Source: an uncultured Methanosarcinales archaeon (GTDB lineage: Archaea > Nanobdellota > Nanobdellia > Woesearchaeales > JABMPP01). Taken from it: a DNA stretch of 45,652 bases. Made by a program: the position numbers and the translations under genes. Below, piece after piece: positions 36,795 through 45,652 of this stretch (positions are counted from its first letter, which is position 1; each line of letters opens with the position of its first letter). The stretch is from assembly GCA_964604995.1 (NCBI GenBank), contig CAZSAD010000010.1, forward strand, positions 1 to 45,652, in the 5' to 3' direction. The notes under the pieces were generated by a model, which saw nothing but the letters and a program-made list of their open reading frames with translations, was not told the DNA's origin and searched no databases.

Positions 36795-37223
36795 TTAGAA
36801 TTTTGTAAAAGGGTAATCATTATTGTAATTACCTAATTTGTATCTGTAAAAAATAAGTGATATAATCAAAATATAAGGTAATAATTCTATCCAAAGATTT
36901 TGCCACCAATTTATTCCTAGTACATGAATTGGATCTTGATAAATAGGATATAAAATATTTGATGTTCCTGAACCATGTGTAAACCAATCAATAACTTCGT
37001 GGAAAATATAAAAAATAATTAATTCATAAGGAAGAGTAAATAATAAAATTATAATAAATGCAACAACAATTCCTGATACACTATGTGCAAAATTGTAAAT
37101 TTGCCATCCGAAGAATCCGCCCATGCCAATAATATCAGGTAAAACTGAGAAGAGAGCTGCTTGCCAGTATTGTGATTTCCATTTGAAAGCAAATCCAGTT
37201 AATGCATGAAAAAAGATATCCAT
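36795..37223 (-). CDS. Membrane metal-dependent hydrolase (YdjM-like)
   Basis: FFHAL, SVLPD, FAHS and FHEVIDWFTH motifs with hydrophobic helices. Confidence 0.75.
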   Translation of the reverse strand: MDIFFHALTGFAFKWKSQYWQAALFSVLPDIIGMGGFFGWQIYNFAHSVSGIVVAFIIILLFTLPYELIIFYIFHEVIDWFTHGSGTSNILYPIYQDPIHVLGINWWQNLWIELLPYILIISLIFYRYKLGNYNNDYPFTKF

Positions 37224-37256
37224 TGTTTACTCCAATTGATTTGATAATAAGGATTT

Positions 37257-37331
37257 CTACTCTTTTTTGACTTTTTCATTACTTTTGATTAATACAGAAA
37301 ATAAAATATTTGCATCAATCACTAAATTCAT
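37257..37331 (-). pseudogene. Truncated PIN-domain (VapC-like) toxin remnant, 24 codons
   Basis: MNLVIDANILFSVLIKSNEKVKKE* starts right after the RHH gene. VIDANIL is the PIN first motif and the rest of the domain is absent. Confidence 0.75.
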
Positions 37332-37332
37332 T

Positions 37333-37554
37333 TTATATTTTCCTTCTTTTTATTAAATTAGCATTTAACTCTTTTCCCAATTGTAGAGCATCTTCTTGTG
37401 TGAATGTACTTTTTGCTTTAAACTTTTTTATAAGTTCTAAGTCTCTGATTTTCCCATCAAAAGCTTCTCTAGCTACTGCACTCCAATTCATCTCTGCAAA
37501 ATTATCCATTCTTATTTTTAGATCCTGTGGTATTGATAATGTTACATTTACCAT
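37333..37554 (-). CDS. Ribbon-helix-helix antitoxin-like protein
   Basis: MVNVTLSIPQDLKIRM...NWSAVAREAF, an RHH pattern; AAGGTGA RBS; directly upstream of the PIN remnant. Confidence 0.82.
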   Translation of the reverse strand: MVNVTLSIPQDLKIRMDNFAEMNWSAVAREAFDGKIRDLELIKKFKAKSTFTQEDALQLGKELNANLIKRRKI

Positions 37555-37566
37555 TTTATATCACCT

Positions 37567-37595
37567 TGTGTTATTATGTGCATTATGTGTTAATA
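37567..37595. promoter_or_regulatory. Three tandem TGTG(T/C)...TA units upstream of the RHH gene, a putative autoregulatory operator
   Basis: tgtgttatta-tgtgcatta-tgtgttaata lies between the RBS and a TTTAAA box at about 37606-37611. Confidence 0.45.
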
Positions 37596-37669
37596 CATAT
37601 TTGTATTTAAATCTTTTGTTTTATGTATAAGACTATATTTTATGAGAATTTGTAATTAAATTAGTATTT

Positions 37670-38188
37670 TCATTTTTTTGTTTCAATAATAATAGCTGTT
37701 TTTGCTGTGAATTTTCTTGCATTTTCAAATATTTCTTCAAGTCTTCTTTCAGTATAAGTTTTTATTGCTGAGTATCTTGCGATATGGCTTTCTGTTTTTG
37801 CATCTTCAAAGTATTTTACATATTCATCTTCGAATATTTTGTATGACTGGTTCAATAATTCTAAGTCTTCTTTTTCGATTTCACCAGGTACACATAAATA
37901 CCCTAATGCAATTTGTGCTGCATCGTGGTCATGCACTTCATATCCTTTAGTTAAGATAAGTGCTTTTGCACAATATAACATTGAGTAATAAGATATTGTT
38001 ATTGCCCAATAATTCCAAAAGAGTTTTTTTGGATCTGATTGTTTGGGTTGGATATCTTTTGTATGTTTAGCTATTTGAAGACTATTTTCTCCTTTTTCCA
38101 AGAATAGTTTTATTTTGAATGTGTTGTTTGATTGTTTTATTCTTCCTAAGTGTACAAATTCAGTGAATTGTTTTTTGTAATTATCCAT
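37670..38188 (-). CDS. HEPN domain protein (MNT-HEPN module)
   Basis: SYYSMLYCAKALILTKGY..HDH and C-terminal SHIARYS helical HEPN pattern. The start overlaps the MNT stop (ATG 38188; track start 38197). Confidence 0.85.
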   Translation of the reverse strand: MDNYKKQFTEFVHLGRIKQSNNTFKIKLFLEKGENSLQIAKHTKDIQPKQSDPKKLFWNYWAITISYYSMLYCAKALILTKGYEVHDHDAAQIALGYLCVPGEIEKEDLELLNQSYKIFEDEYVKYFEDAKTESHIARYSAIKTYTERRLEEIFENARKFTAKTAIIIETKK

Positions 38189-38750
38189 ATACCACATCCT
38201 CCCAAAAGTTTTTAGGATTATTAAGGATAATATGCCCTTTTAATATCTGCGTTCCCACATTCTCGTTGTTATCTTCTAGCATCTTAATAAATTCTTTATG
38301 TGTTACAAAAATAGGGTTGATTTTCTTTTTAAACAATAATTCGTATTTGGAAAAGGAAGAGGATTTTTCTCCGTTTTTATTAATAATAAATAAGTCTATA
38401 TCTGAATCTTCTTTTGCATTTCCCTTTGCATAACTTCCAAATAATATTACAATATCATCAGTATCTAATTCTAAAGCAATTTTATTGATAATAGGATGTT
38501 TTTTTAGGAATTCTTTTTTTTCCTCGTCTGAGCTTATTGATAGATAGGATGTTATTACAGGATTATTTAGATTAATCATAAGGGTTTTAGAACTCCCGAC
38601 ACTTACTATGTTTACAAGTTCAGTCATTTCTTGAATTGTTCTATAAAATGTTGCGTATGGAATTTTTAATATTTTACTAAGTGCATTCATAGTAAATGCT
38701 TTATCTTTATTCTTTCCCAAATAATTAATTATTTTTAGTAGATTATCCAT
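38181..38750 (-). CDS. Minimal nucleotidyltransferase (MNT) with N-terminal wHTH
   Basis: HTH MNALSKILKIPYATFYRTI and LFGSYAKG...SDIDLF (GS..DxD). Confidence 0.92.
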   Translation of the reverse strand: MDNLLKIINYLGKNKDKAFTMNALSKILKIPYATFYRTIQEMTELVNIVSVGSSKTLMINLNNPVITSYLSISSDEEKKEFLKKHPIINKIALELDTDDIVILFGSYAKGNAKEDSDIDLFIINKNGEKSSSFSKYELLFKKKINPIFVTHKEFIKMLEDNNENVGTQILKGHIILNNPKNFWEDVVYG

Positions 38751-38784
38751 TTTTGAATAATATTATCCATTTTTGATATATAAA
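38742..38784 (-). promoter_or_regulatory. MNT-HEPN promoter: TTTATATA box and 15-bp direct repeat TCAAAAATGGATAAT x2 overlapping the start codon
   Basis: Copies at 38742-38756 and 38762-38776; TATA box at 38777-38784. Confidence 0.6.
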
Positions 38785-38886
38785 TCTTTTGTTTTAGATA
38801 TATCTCGTGAGAATTCTTTTAATAAGCTTTATAAATGAATTTTAATACGTTAAAAAAAGTTACTGCGTTACAGTTAAGATGATACT

Positions 38887-40095
38887 ATGGATGAAGATTT
38901 AAATACTAACAAAATTGAATTTGAAAACAATAAAGATACTAAAGATATTGTTGAAATAAAAAATTCACTTAAAGAAAAACCTAATAAAAATTCAAATCGC
39001 TCTAAAAAGACATTGCATAAGCAAAAAAAACTAAATCCTAAAGATAAACCTAAAAGAAATGTGTGGATGATAGTTATACCCTTGGTAATTCCCCTTTTGA
39101 TTGTTGCTTATATTCTTTACATGAATTTCATGCCTCTTGATGATGTTTATACTATAGTAGTTGGAACACCAAATGATATAGATTCTTCACAAGAATTCTA
39201 CCTGAATGCAACACCTGACTTAGGAGTTGCACAGAGTTATGATTTTAAGACATTTAGAGAACTTAATGGAATAACATATGCAGTGTTTAAACCAAAGGCA
39301 ATATTACATAATGAACTTGTAACTGTAAGCGTTGAAGGTGAAAATGTATTCATTATGTCACCTGTTATTAATTTTAGCCCTGAAAACTATACTTGGGACA
39401 TGAAAGCAGATTTTACAAAAAATATAAGTAAACAATGGAAAAATGAGATAAAAATTCTACCTAAGAATAATTCTGTAGATTTAACTCGAAATACAGTTAA
39501 GTATGTAGAAGGATGTGGAGCATACTTTGATGGAACAAATAAATTGTACTTGTTAAATACTTCTAACGAGTTTGAGAATGGTTCTTTTACAGTTTATGTT
39601 GAATGGAAACCTGAAAAGAACAATGAAAGTTTTCAACAAATAATTGGAAAGTTTAATTGGGAATTATTACAACATCCTAATTCCGTTCAGTTTATGGTAG
39701 GTCGTATGAATGATAAAAATGGCACATTTTACTCAGTTAATTATCCAGTCACAAAAGAATTCTTCAATCAATCACATTCTGCACTTGCAACATATAATCC
39801 ATCTGAAAATGGATATATTGAATTGTTTGTTGATGGGATGAGTGCAGGAAAAGTTAATATTGATAATAACATTATATGGGTAGGATACAATAGCAACATT
39901 GATCTTTCTATGGGCAAGAGCAATCATGGTACAGCAACATATTACAAAGGATGTATTAAAAATGCAATAATAATAAATAAGATATTAAATGTATATTTTC
40001 AAAGCTATGAATTTTATACAAAATCACAAGAAACTATAATCCCAATTTGGGGATATGGGAAACTTGAAGAGATTAATATAACACTAAAAAAATGA
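38887..40095 (+). CDS. Membrane-anchored LamG/concanavalin A-like lectin-domain protein
   Basis: One TM helix; AYFDG...SFTVYVEWKP...ATYN...IELFVDG...LSMGK...YYKGCIKN follows the LamG_3 pattern. Confidence 0.8.
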   Translation: MDEDLNTNKIEFENNKDTKDIVEIKNSLKEKPNKNSNRSKKTLHKQKKLNPKDKPKRNVWMIVIPLVIPLLIVAYILYMNFMPLDDVYTIVVGTPNDIDSSQEFYLNATPDLGVAQSYDFKTFRELNGITYAVFKPKAILHNELVTVSVEGENVFIMSPVINFSPENYTWDMKADFTKNISKQWKNEIKILPKNNSVDLTRNTVKYVEGCGAYFDGTNKLYLLNTSNEFENGSFTVYVEWKPEKNNESFQQIIGKFNWELLQHPNSVQFMVGRMNDKNGTFYSVNYPVTKEFFNQSHSALATYNPSENGYIELFVDGMSAGKVNIDNNIIWVGYNSNIDLSMGKSNHGTATYYKGCIKNAIIINKILNVYFQSYEFYTKSQETIIPIWGYGKLEEINITLKK

Positions 40096-42428
40096 TAAAA
40101 GACTTTTTCAACAAAAACAGTTATTTGATTCAAGAAACGTGTAAAAATATGTTATTATTAGGTATTATATTATTAATTCTAGAATTGACAAACATATTGA
40201 ATGTGAGAAGATTTATCCGCTTAGATTTACTTTACATTATTAGTATAATATCTGGAATGATATGGTTTATGTTATGGTACCGAACACATAACGAAAAACA
40301 AAAAGAATTATTAAAGAATATAATAAAATACACATTTCTTTTATTATTATTTTTAGTAACTATTTCTTCATTAAAATTTAGTTGGATAAATTGGCTAAGT
40401 AAACCCTTGTTAAACATACAAATATATTTGGTTGCATTATGCATTGTATTTGGAATTATAACATTTTGGCAAAACAAAGAAGTAATTGGAGATATTGAAG
40501 AAGAGAAAATACAAGAAGAACTTGAAGAAGAAAAGAGGAAGATGGAGTTTTCTAAGAAGTTCCCAAAAATAAATAAAATTCCAATATTTAAGTCAATTGT
40601 CAAGTGGATGTATAAAGAAGGATGGATGTATGTTTTAGGATTAATATTAATTATTTTTATATTTATAATGTTGAAAGTACCTTACTACGACAATAATCTA
40701 CTTGAATCCCCTAATTTTGATAAATTTCGATCATATCTCCCTAATCTTATCAACTCTTATCAAAATAAAAATCCTTTCCATAGTGAAAACAATTTTTATG
40801 GTACAGTTGGAGATTACGGGAATAGAAACTATAGTTATATTGATTCTTTTCCGTTTTATACTTGGAGTTTATATCCTTTTATGTTTCTGACAAAATACAT
40901 TCCTTTTCTACTTTTAGTAAGATATTTAATGACATTTTTAGATACGGTTATAGTAATATCTATCTATTTCTTATTTAAGAGAATTATGTCTAAAAAAATT
41001 GCTATTTTTGGCGCATTATTTCTGAGCGTAAACACTTTTTTTCATAATTACTTTTTTGTTACAATCACGGATCGACCCGCACTTATATTCCTAATTATAA
41101 GCATGACGTTATATCTTGATTCGAAAAAACAGCAATCCTACTTATTTGCCGGTTTTTCATTTTTGATGAAACAATCTTTCGCATTAATATTTTTTCCTTT
41201 CCTAACTATCATGATTTTGACCGAGAAGAAGGATTTTAAAGATAAATTAATAAATTTTATTAAGTTTGGAGTATTAAGCACTTTACCCTACTTGCTATTC
41301 ATCTTAATATTAAGAAAAATTCCGTTCTATTCGCCATTAATACCACTATTTTTGTTGGTAGCTACGATTTCTATTGTAATTATGATATATATTTTACTTA
41401 TGCATAAAAAAATAAATCAATATATTCTCACAATATACACTGAAAAAAGAAACCTGACTATAATTATTCTAGCCCTAATTTCTATACCCCTTATTATTTT
41501 TTTATATGTTATGTATACTCAAGCATTAAATTTGGCACAGAATTTTTTACCTGAAATGTCCATTATATTTAACTCAAAAATGTATTATTTTATATTTATA
41601 CAATTTGAGAACTATTTCCCAAAATTTATTTGGTTATTTATAACTATGGGTTTATTAGGGATTATATTTTACAAAATAAAGTACAGAACAATGCTAGCTA
41701 TTATAATTTCAACTTTATTTTATGTAATGGTATCTTCAAAAGGAGTCTTTTTCCATAATTATTACAGACATATTATTATTATCTGTTTCATATTGATTGT
41801 TTGTTATTTCATTCAAATTATTATGAATTTAACAAAGGAAAAATATTTGAATATTGCTGCAGTATCTTTAATTGTTCTAGTTTTCACGTATGTATCTTAT
41901 GATATCTATGACATTGAAGCGAAAAGAATGAGCAAATCATTTGACAACAAAGAGGGGTTTTTAGAAACAGCAAATTATTTAAAAATAGTTGTTAAACCAA
42001 ACCAAAGAATAATTGAAAATGGATATGGCATACGAGAGGGAATAATACTTCTCTCATTTAGATCTCCTGCAAGTTTTAGTGAAACAATAAGAAGTGAAAT
42101 TCACGATTCTGGTTTCACCAACACAATGAATAAGTATAATGTAACATATTATGTTTCAGAAGGAGAATCAGACTTCACTGATTTGTTATATCTATTTGAG
42201 CCAATAAGTGTATCTATTATACCTACGAGATCAGAACACATTCTGTACAGGATAAGTGATGAATATCGGAAAAAATACAAAGATACACAATTTGTAGATT
42301 TGAGCAGCCAGATAGTAAAAACTAAATTATTAGTTAATCTTGATGAAAGTAATAACAAATATAATCCTGAGCAATACTTCGAATTGGAAAAAGTCATTGG
42401 GAATTATTATATTTACAAACTCAAATAA
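40092..42428 (+). CDS. GT-C fold membrane glycosyltransferase (ArnT/PMT-like, GT39/83)
   Basis: More than 12 TM helices; DSFPFYTW loop, RYLM..L....VISIYFL, TDRPALIF and FLMKQ; periplasmic C-terminus. Overlaps the upstream gene by ATGA/TGA coupling. Confidence 0.75.
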   Translation: MIKDFFNKNSYLIQETCKNMLLLGIILLILELTNILNVRRFIRLDLLYIISIISGMIWFMLWYRTHNEKQKELLKNIIKYTFLLLLFLVTISSLKFSWINWLSKPLLNIQIYLVALCIVFGIITFWQNKEVIGDIEEEKIQEELEEEKRKMEFSKKFPKINKIPIFKSIVKWMYKEGWMYVLGLILIIFIFIMLKVPYYDNNLLESPNFDKFRSYLPNLINSYQNKNPFHSENNFYGTVGDYGNRNYSYIDSFPFYTWSLYPFMFLTKYIPFLLLVRYLMTFLDTVIVISIYFLFKRIMSKKIAIFGALFLSVNTFFHNYFFVTITDRPALIFLIISMTLYLDSKKQQSYLFAGFSFLMKQSFALIFFPFLTIMILTEKKDFKDKLINFIKFGVLSTLPYLLFILILRKIPFYSPLIPLFLLVATISIVIMIYILLMHKKINQYILTIYTEKRNLTIIILALISIPLIIFLYVMYTQALNLAQNFLPEMSIIFNSKMYYFIFIQFENYFPKFIWLFITMGLLGIIFYKIKYRTMLAIIISTLFYVMVSSKGVFFHNYYRHIIIICFILIVCYFIQIIMNLTKEKYLNIAAVSLIVLVFTYVSYDIYDIEAKRMSKSFDNKEGFLETANYLKIVVKPNQRIIENGYGIREGIILLSFRSPASFSETIRSEIHDSGFTNTMNKYNVTYYVSEGESDFTDLLYLFEPISVSIIPTRSEHILYRISDEYRKKYKDTQFVDLSSQIVKTKLLVNLDESNNKYNPEQYFELEKVIGNYYIYKLK

Positions 42429-42429
42429 A

Positions 42430-43302
42430 TCAATTTTTTATTCTGATCCACGATTTTGGCACTATATCTCCTTCGTCAGCTCCCCTAAACCAAGTTTTTG
42501 GAGCACAAACAATTTTATCCTTATTAGATGATAACCAAGCACCCCACCAACTAAAGGAGCTGTTGGCTATTATGAAATGTTTGCAAGAAGACATCAATCT
42601 TAAATCTTCATACGCTTTATCGAAAGTGTTTATATCTACAAAAACAATTTTATCTTTTATTTTCAGATTATTTTTTGCCCAATCGATATCATCTGAAAAA
42701 ACATAAAAAATGGGGTTTTTCACTTTTATTTTCATTTTTTTTATAGAATTATAATAATACCCTAATGAACATAATCCATGAATTTTTTTGGTTTTAGTAT
42801 TGGTAACATAATCACCCCTCCTAATGTGCATACAAACAGAATTAGTTGTTTTAATTTTTTTTAGCATGATTTTGTTTTGTTCATTTGGTTTTATTTTTAT
42901 TTTAAAATCTTGTTTGATAATATCTTTTATATCTTGAAAATAATTTTCACACTGCCAATATCCTTCAAAACAAATATTTTTTGAATTATTAAATAGAACT
43001 TTTTTATCAAAATAAGTATCTTTTTCTTTGATATAGTTTATTCCAAAAAATTTGAACAAAACATTCTTTATAATCCTGGGAAAAATTATTTTTTCTTTTG
43101 AAATAATTTTAGCTTTTATACTAAAAGCATAAAGTTCGTAGGGACGAAAAGTAAATGTATTTGAAGATTTTCTAACAAACTTTTGGTTTAATTTAGAAAT
43201 ATCTAAAAATAATAGAGTATTATTTTTTAATGCGAGGTGTCTACCTAGAGCATATTGAAACATCTGATTTCCCAAACCGCCTATTAATTTTACAATTATC
43301 AT
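42430..43302 (-). CDS. Alpha-1,2-fucosyltransferase (GT11)
   Basis: GGLGNQMFQYA, EGYWQ, HIRRGDY, FSDD and IANSSFSWWGAWL. Likely start ATG 43302 (track start 43314). Confidence 0.93.
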   Translation of the reverse strand: MIIVKLIGGLGNQMFQYALGRHLALKNNTLLFLDISKLNQKFVRKSSNTFTFRPYELYAFSIKAKIISKEKIIFPRIIKNVLFKFFGINYIKEKDTYFDKKVLFNNSKNICFEGYWQCENYFQDIKDIIKQDFKIKIKPNEQNKIMLKKIKTTNSVCMHIRRGDYVTNTKTKKIHGLCSLGYYYNSIKKMKIKVKNPIFYVFSDDIDWAKNNLKIKDKIVFVDINTFDKAYEDLRLMSSCKHFIIANSSFSWWGAWLSSNKDKIVCAPKTWFRGADEGDIVPKSWIRIKN

Positions 43303-43303
43303 C

Positions 43304-44635
43304 TTATTTAACAAACCCCCATTTTCTTAAGAGCTCTTTATCCTCATTGATTATAAATGACCTTTTCCCTTTTTTTGTTTTAGGAATATCCTCGACAAAA
43401 TTAATTTGTAATTGCATATTGTGAGTTATTTCTAGTAATTTTTTCTTGAATGTTTGGATTGTTTCGTTTGTACACCAGTTATTCTTCACAATATTAATTT
43501 TTAAAAAATATCCTGATTTTTGTATATACTGAACTGCCCTAATTCCGCTTCTAAAATCTGTTTTCGCATACCCAATTCCATGAAACATTAGAAATGTAGG
43601 GCTTATTGGACCACTTTTAGATATAATTATATCATTTGCTCTTCCCCTAACTTTAATCAAGGGCAAGGTTCTTCCACATTTACATTTTTTATCTAAAAAG
43701 GTTATAGCATCCCCATTTTTATATCTAATAAAAGGCATTGCCTTATTCCATAAATCTGTTACAATCATTTCACCATTAATGTTTTCTATAATTGCCCTTT
43801 CCATAACATAATGAAGACCATCATGCGCTTCACATTCCCAAGCACAAGCTCCGCCATCGTTGCAACAATATTCTTCAAAGATTTTACACTCAAATGCTTT
43901 TTCAATACTTTCTCTCTGAAAATCATAAAGGTTTTCACTTATTGGATTTATAGATTGTATGCTTTTAATTTTTATATTATTGTCTAAACAATATTTTGCG
44001 AGAATATAAATAGAACCCGTGTAACCCCTTAAATGTTGTGGTTTAAATTTTTTTAACTTTAGTGCATTACTTTTTAAATTCTTTTCAGTGAGATCCCCAA
44101 TAAGAAGCAAAACATTTTTTTCACATATACTTCCTTGTGAAGATGCTATTATTGCAATTCTCTTTTCGGAGGTATATCCATTCCATAACCATCCTCTGTA
44201 ATGGGCTTCCATTCTCATAACTGCACTTTCTCTCGAATCGTAATATTTAAGAGATGTTCCTGTAGAGCCACCAGTAAATAAAGTAGTATAAATCAATTTT
44301 TTATTAACAAAAGCATCATTATTTTGTAACTCTTCTCTTGTTATAATTGGGAGCTTATACAAATCTTTTTTTGTTCTAATATCAGAAGGTTTTATTCCTG
44401 CTTCATCGAATTTCTTTTTATATCCCGGAACAGTTTTATATGCATATTTTATGATCTTCCTAAGTCTTTTATTTTGAAAATCTTCTAAATCTTTCAAAGT
44501 CCAATACTGACTTTTAGATAAATTTATTCCATTAAGATGAACATATGTTTTGTGTTTAAGCTTTTCAAACAGATAAAAAGCTTTATGCTTAATGTTCGCG
44601 TATCTTTTGGATTTAATCATTTTAAGTTTATTCAT
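43304..44635 (-). CDS. CapK/phenylacetate-CoA ligase-like adenylate-forming enzyme
   Basis: TGGSTG P-loop, VTDLWNKAMPFIRYKNGD, CKCGR.LP and GRAND; located in a polysaccharide cluster. Confidence 0.88.
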   Translation of the reverse strand: MNKLKMIKSKRYANIKHKAFYLFEKLKHKTYVHLNGINLSKSQYWTLKDLEDFQNKRLRKIIKYAYKTVPGYKKKFDEAGIKPSDIRTKKDLYKLPIITREELQNNDAFVNKKLIYTTLFTGGSTGTSLKYYDSRESAVMRMEAHYRGWLWNGYTSEKRIAIIASSQGSICEKNVLLLIGDLTEKNLKSNALKLKKFKPQHLRGYTGSIYILAKYCLDNNIKIKSIQSINPISENLYDFQRESIEKAFECKIFEEYCCNDGGACAWECEAHDGLHYVMERAIIENINGEMIVTDLWNKAMPFIRYKNGDAITFLDKKCKCGRTLPLIKVRGRANDIIISKSGPISPTFLMFHGIGYAKTDFRSGIRAVQYIQKSGYFLKINIVKNNWCTNETIQTFKKKLLEITHNMQLQINFVEDIPKTKKGKRSFIINEDKELLRKWGFVK

Positions 44636-45329
44636 TTTTATTATTAGTATATAACAAACTCATTCCTGGAAGACCTGTATCTAAAGAAATTAGTTTATAC
44701 TTGCTAGGGTATTTTAATATTATGTCTTGAATTGCATTGTAAGGACCAACATTATATCCTGATTCTTTAGATTGGTAAAAGGTATCATGAACTAATATTA
44801 TTGGGTTTGAAACTTTTTTTATTATACCTTCCAATTCTCTTTTCACAGATTCATAACTATGATCACCATCTAAAAAGAAAAGAGGTCTACATTTAGTATT
44901 TATTTCTTTATAGATTTTTAAAGAAATATTCAAACCATCACCCTGATGTAAATGAACACTCTTAATGTTTCTCACAAGTCTCCCTCTCCTACTTTTTGGA
45001 TGCTCAATATGATTAACATCATCTGGTAAATCAATTGAGTGTATTTTACATTCAATATTGAATGCACTTGTGGTCTCATAGAATATTCTAGCTGATTTAC
45101 CAACATGTGTTCCCCATTCAAAAATGTGTGTTGGTTTGTATTTTAAAATTGTGGTAATCATTAAAAATAATTCATTAATGGGAAATGGTTTTACATCAAC
45201 AATAGGAATTAATCTTCTAAGTATAAAATCGGAAACTATCCAATTGTCAATTTCAAACTCAGTGCAATTCTTGTTTAAAACAGGATTATTAAATCTTTTT
45301 TTTACAAATTTTGAAAATATATTCATCAT
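44628..45329 (-). CDS. Class I SAM-dependent methyltransferase (Methyltransf_24/CmcI-like)
   Basis: IFEWGTHVGKS, HSIDL, FLDGDHSYESV and LVHDT motifs. Confidence 0.88.
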   Translation of the reverse strand: MMNIFSKFVKKRFNNPVLNKNCTEFEIDNWIVSDFILRRLIPIVDVKPFPINELFLMITTILKYKPTHIFEWGTHVGKSARIFYETTSAFNIECKIHSIDLPDDVNHIEHPKSRRGRLVRNIKSVHLHQGDGLNISLKIYKEINTKCRPLFFLDGDHSYESVKRELEGIIKKVSNPIILVHDTFYQSKESGYNVGPYNAIQDIILKYPSKYKLISLDTGLPGMSLLYTNNKNE

Positions 45330-45652
45330 CTTGATTCACCTTTAGTTATAAGTTTTTTATATTCGAATTCATACTGTTCTGCTATTTTCTGCCAAGTAAA
45401 TTTTTTTTTCCAGATTTTAAATCCTATTTCAGCCATAATTTTTCTTCTTTCTTGATTGTAAAAAAGTTTCTCGAGTTGTTTAGATTATTTAGTTATTTGT
45501 GCATAACTATATCCTTTATCATTTTTTTTAGTGGGTAATAATATACCAGAATTAGACCACCTAACAATCTCTTTAGAATTACCGACATCTGTTACTAAAA
45601 AAGGTGTTTTTGAAGCCATACATTCAAATAATACAATAGGTGAACACTCAAC
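45326..45652 (-). pseudogene. 3' part of a GT4 (GT-B) glycosyltransferase with an in-frame TAA at 45485-45487; runs off the window end
   Basis: Manual translation: VECSPIVLFECMASKTPFLVTDVGNSKEIV...AQITK*SKQLEKLFYNQERRKIMAEIG...KFTWQKIAEQYEFEYKKL. The E-x7-E motif is present and a typical GT4 tail continues in frame after the stop. Confidence 0.7.

Noticed and set aside
37310..37630. 106-aa plus-strand ORF
   Set aside because: It is antisense to the RHH gene and PIN remnant, which have a clear RBS and motifs.
35418..38784. TA island as an integrated mobile element
   Set aside because: No integrase, transposase, tRNA target or flanking att repeats were recognised.
45485..45487. Stop-codon reassignment as the explanation for the GT4 internal stop
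   Set aside because: TAA is the normal terminator of most genes in the window, and no other gene shows readthrough.

Overview
AT-rich archaeal genomic window, most consistent with a DPANN lineage such as Woesearchaeota. The lineage is inferred from archaeal information-processing genes (aIF-1A, TFS, aEF-1beta, aIF5B, Trm1, Elp3, RtcA, Sec11-type SPase I), TTTATA/TTTAAA promoter boxes and GGTG/GAGGT ribosome-binding sites. Bacterial-type genes also occur (grpE-dnaK-dnaJ, lspA, a two-component pair). Layout: a chaperone operon with an inserted PIN-like gene and a divergent wHTH regulator (0.8-5.8 kb); housekeeping and hypothetical genes (6-26 kb), including two giant coiled-coil proteins with repeated amphipathic motifs; an adjacent, co-oriented pair that looks like a split, highly diverged RelA/SpoT (RSH) system, HD hydrolase then synthetase-like protein (26.0-29.1 kb, the top finding); a clan-CD-like protease next to a receiver and histidine kinase (31.8-35.4 kb); a compact toxin-antitoxin island with AbiE, RHH plus PIN remnant and MNT-HEPN (35.4-38.8 kb); and a surface-glycosylation cluster (38.9-45.6 kb) whose last GT4 gene has an in-frame stop. 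No rRNA, tRNA, CRISPR array or transposase was recognised. All calls come from manual motif recognition, with no database searches.
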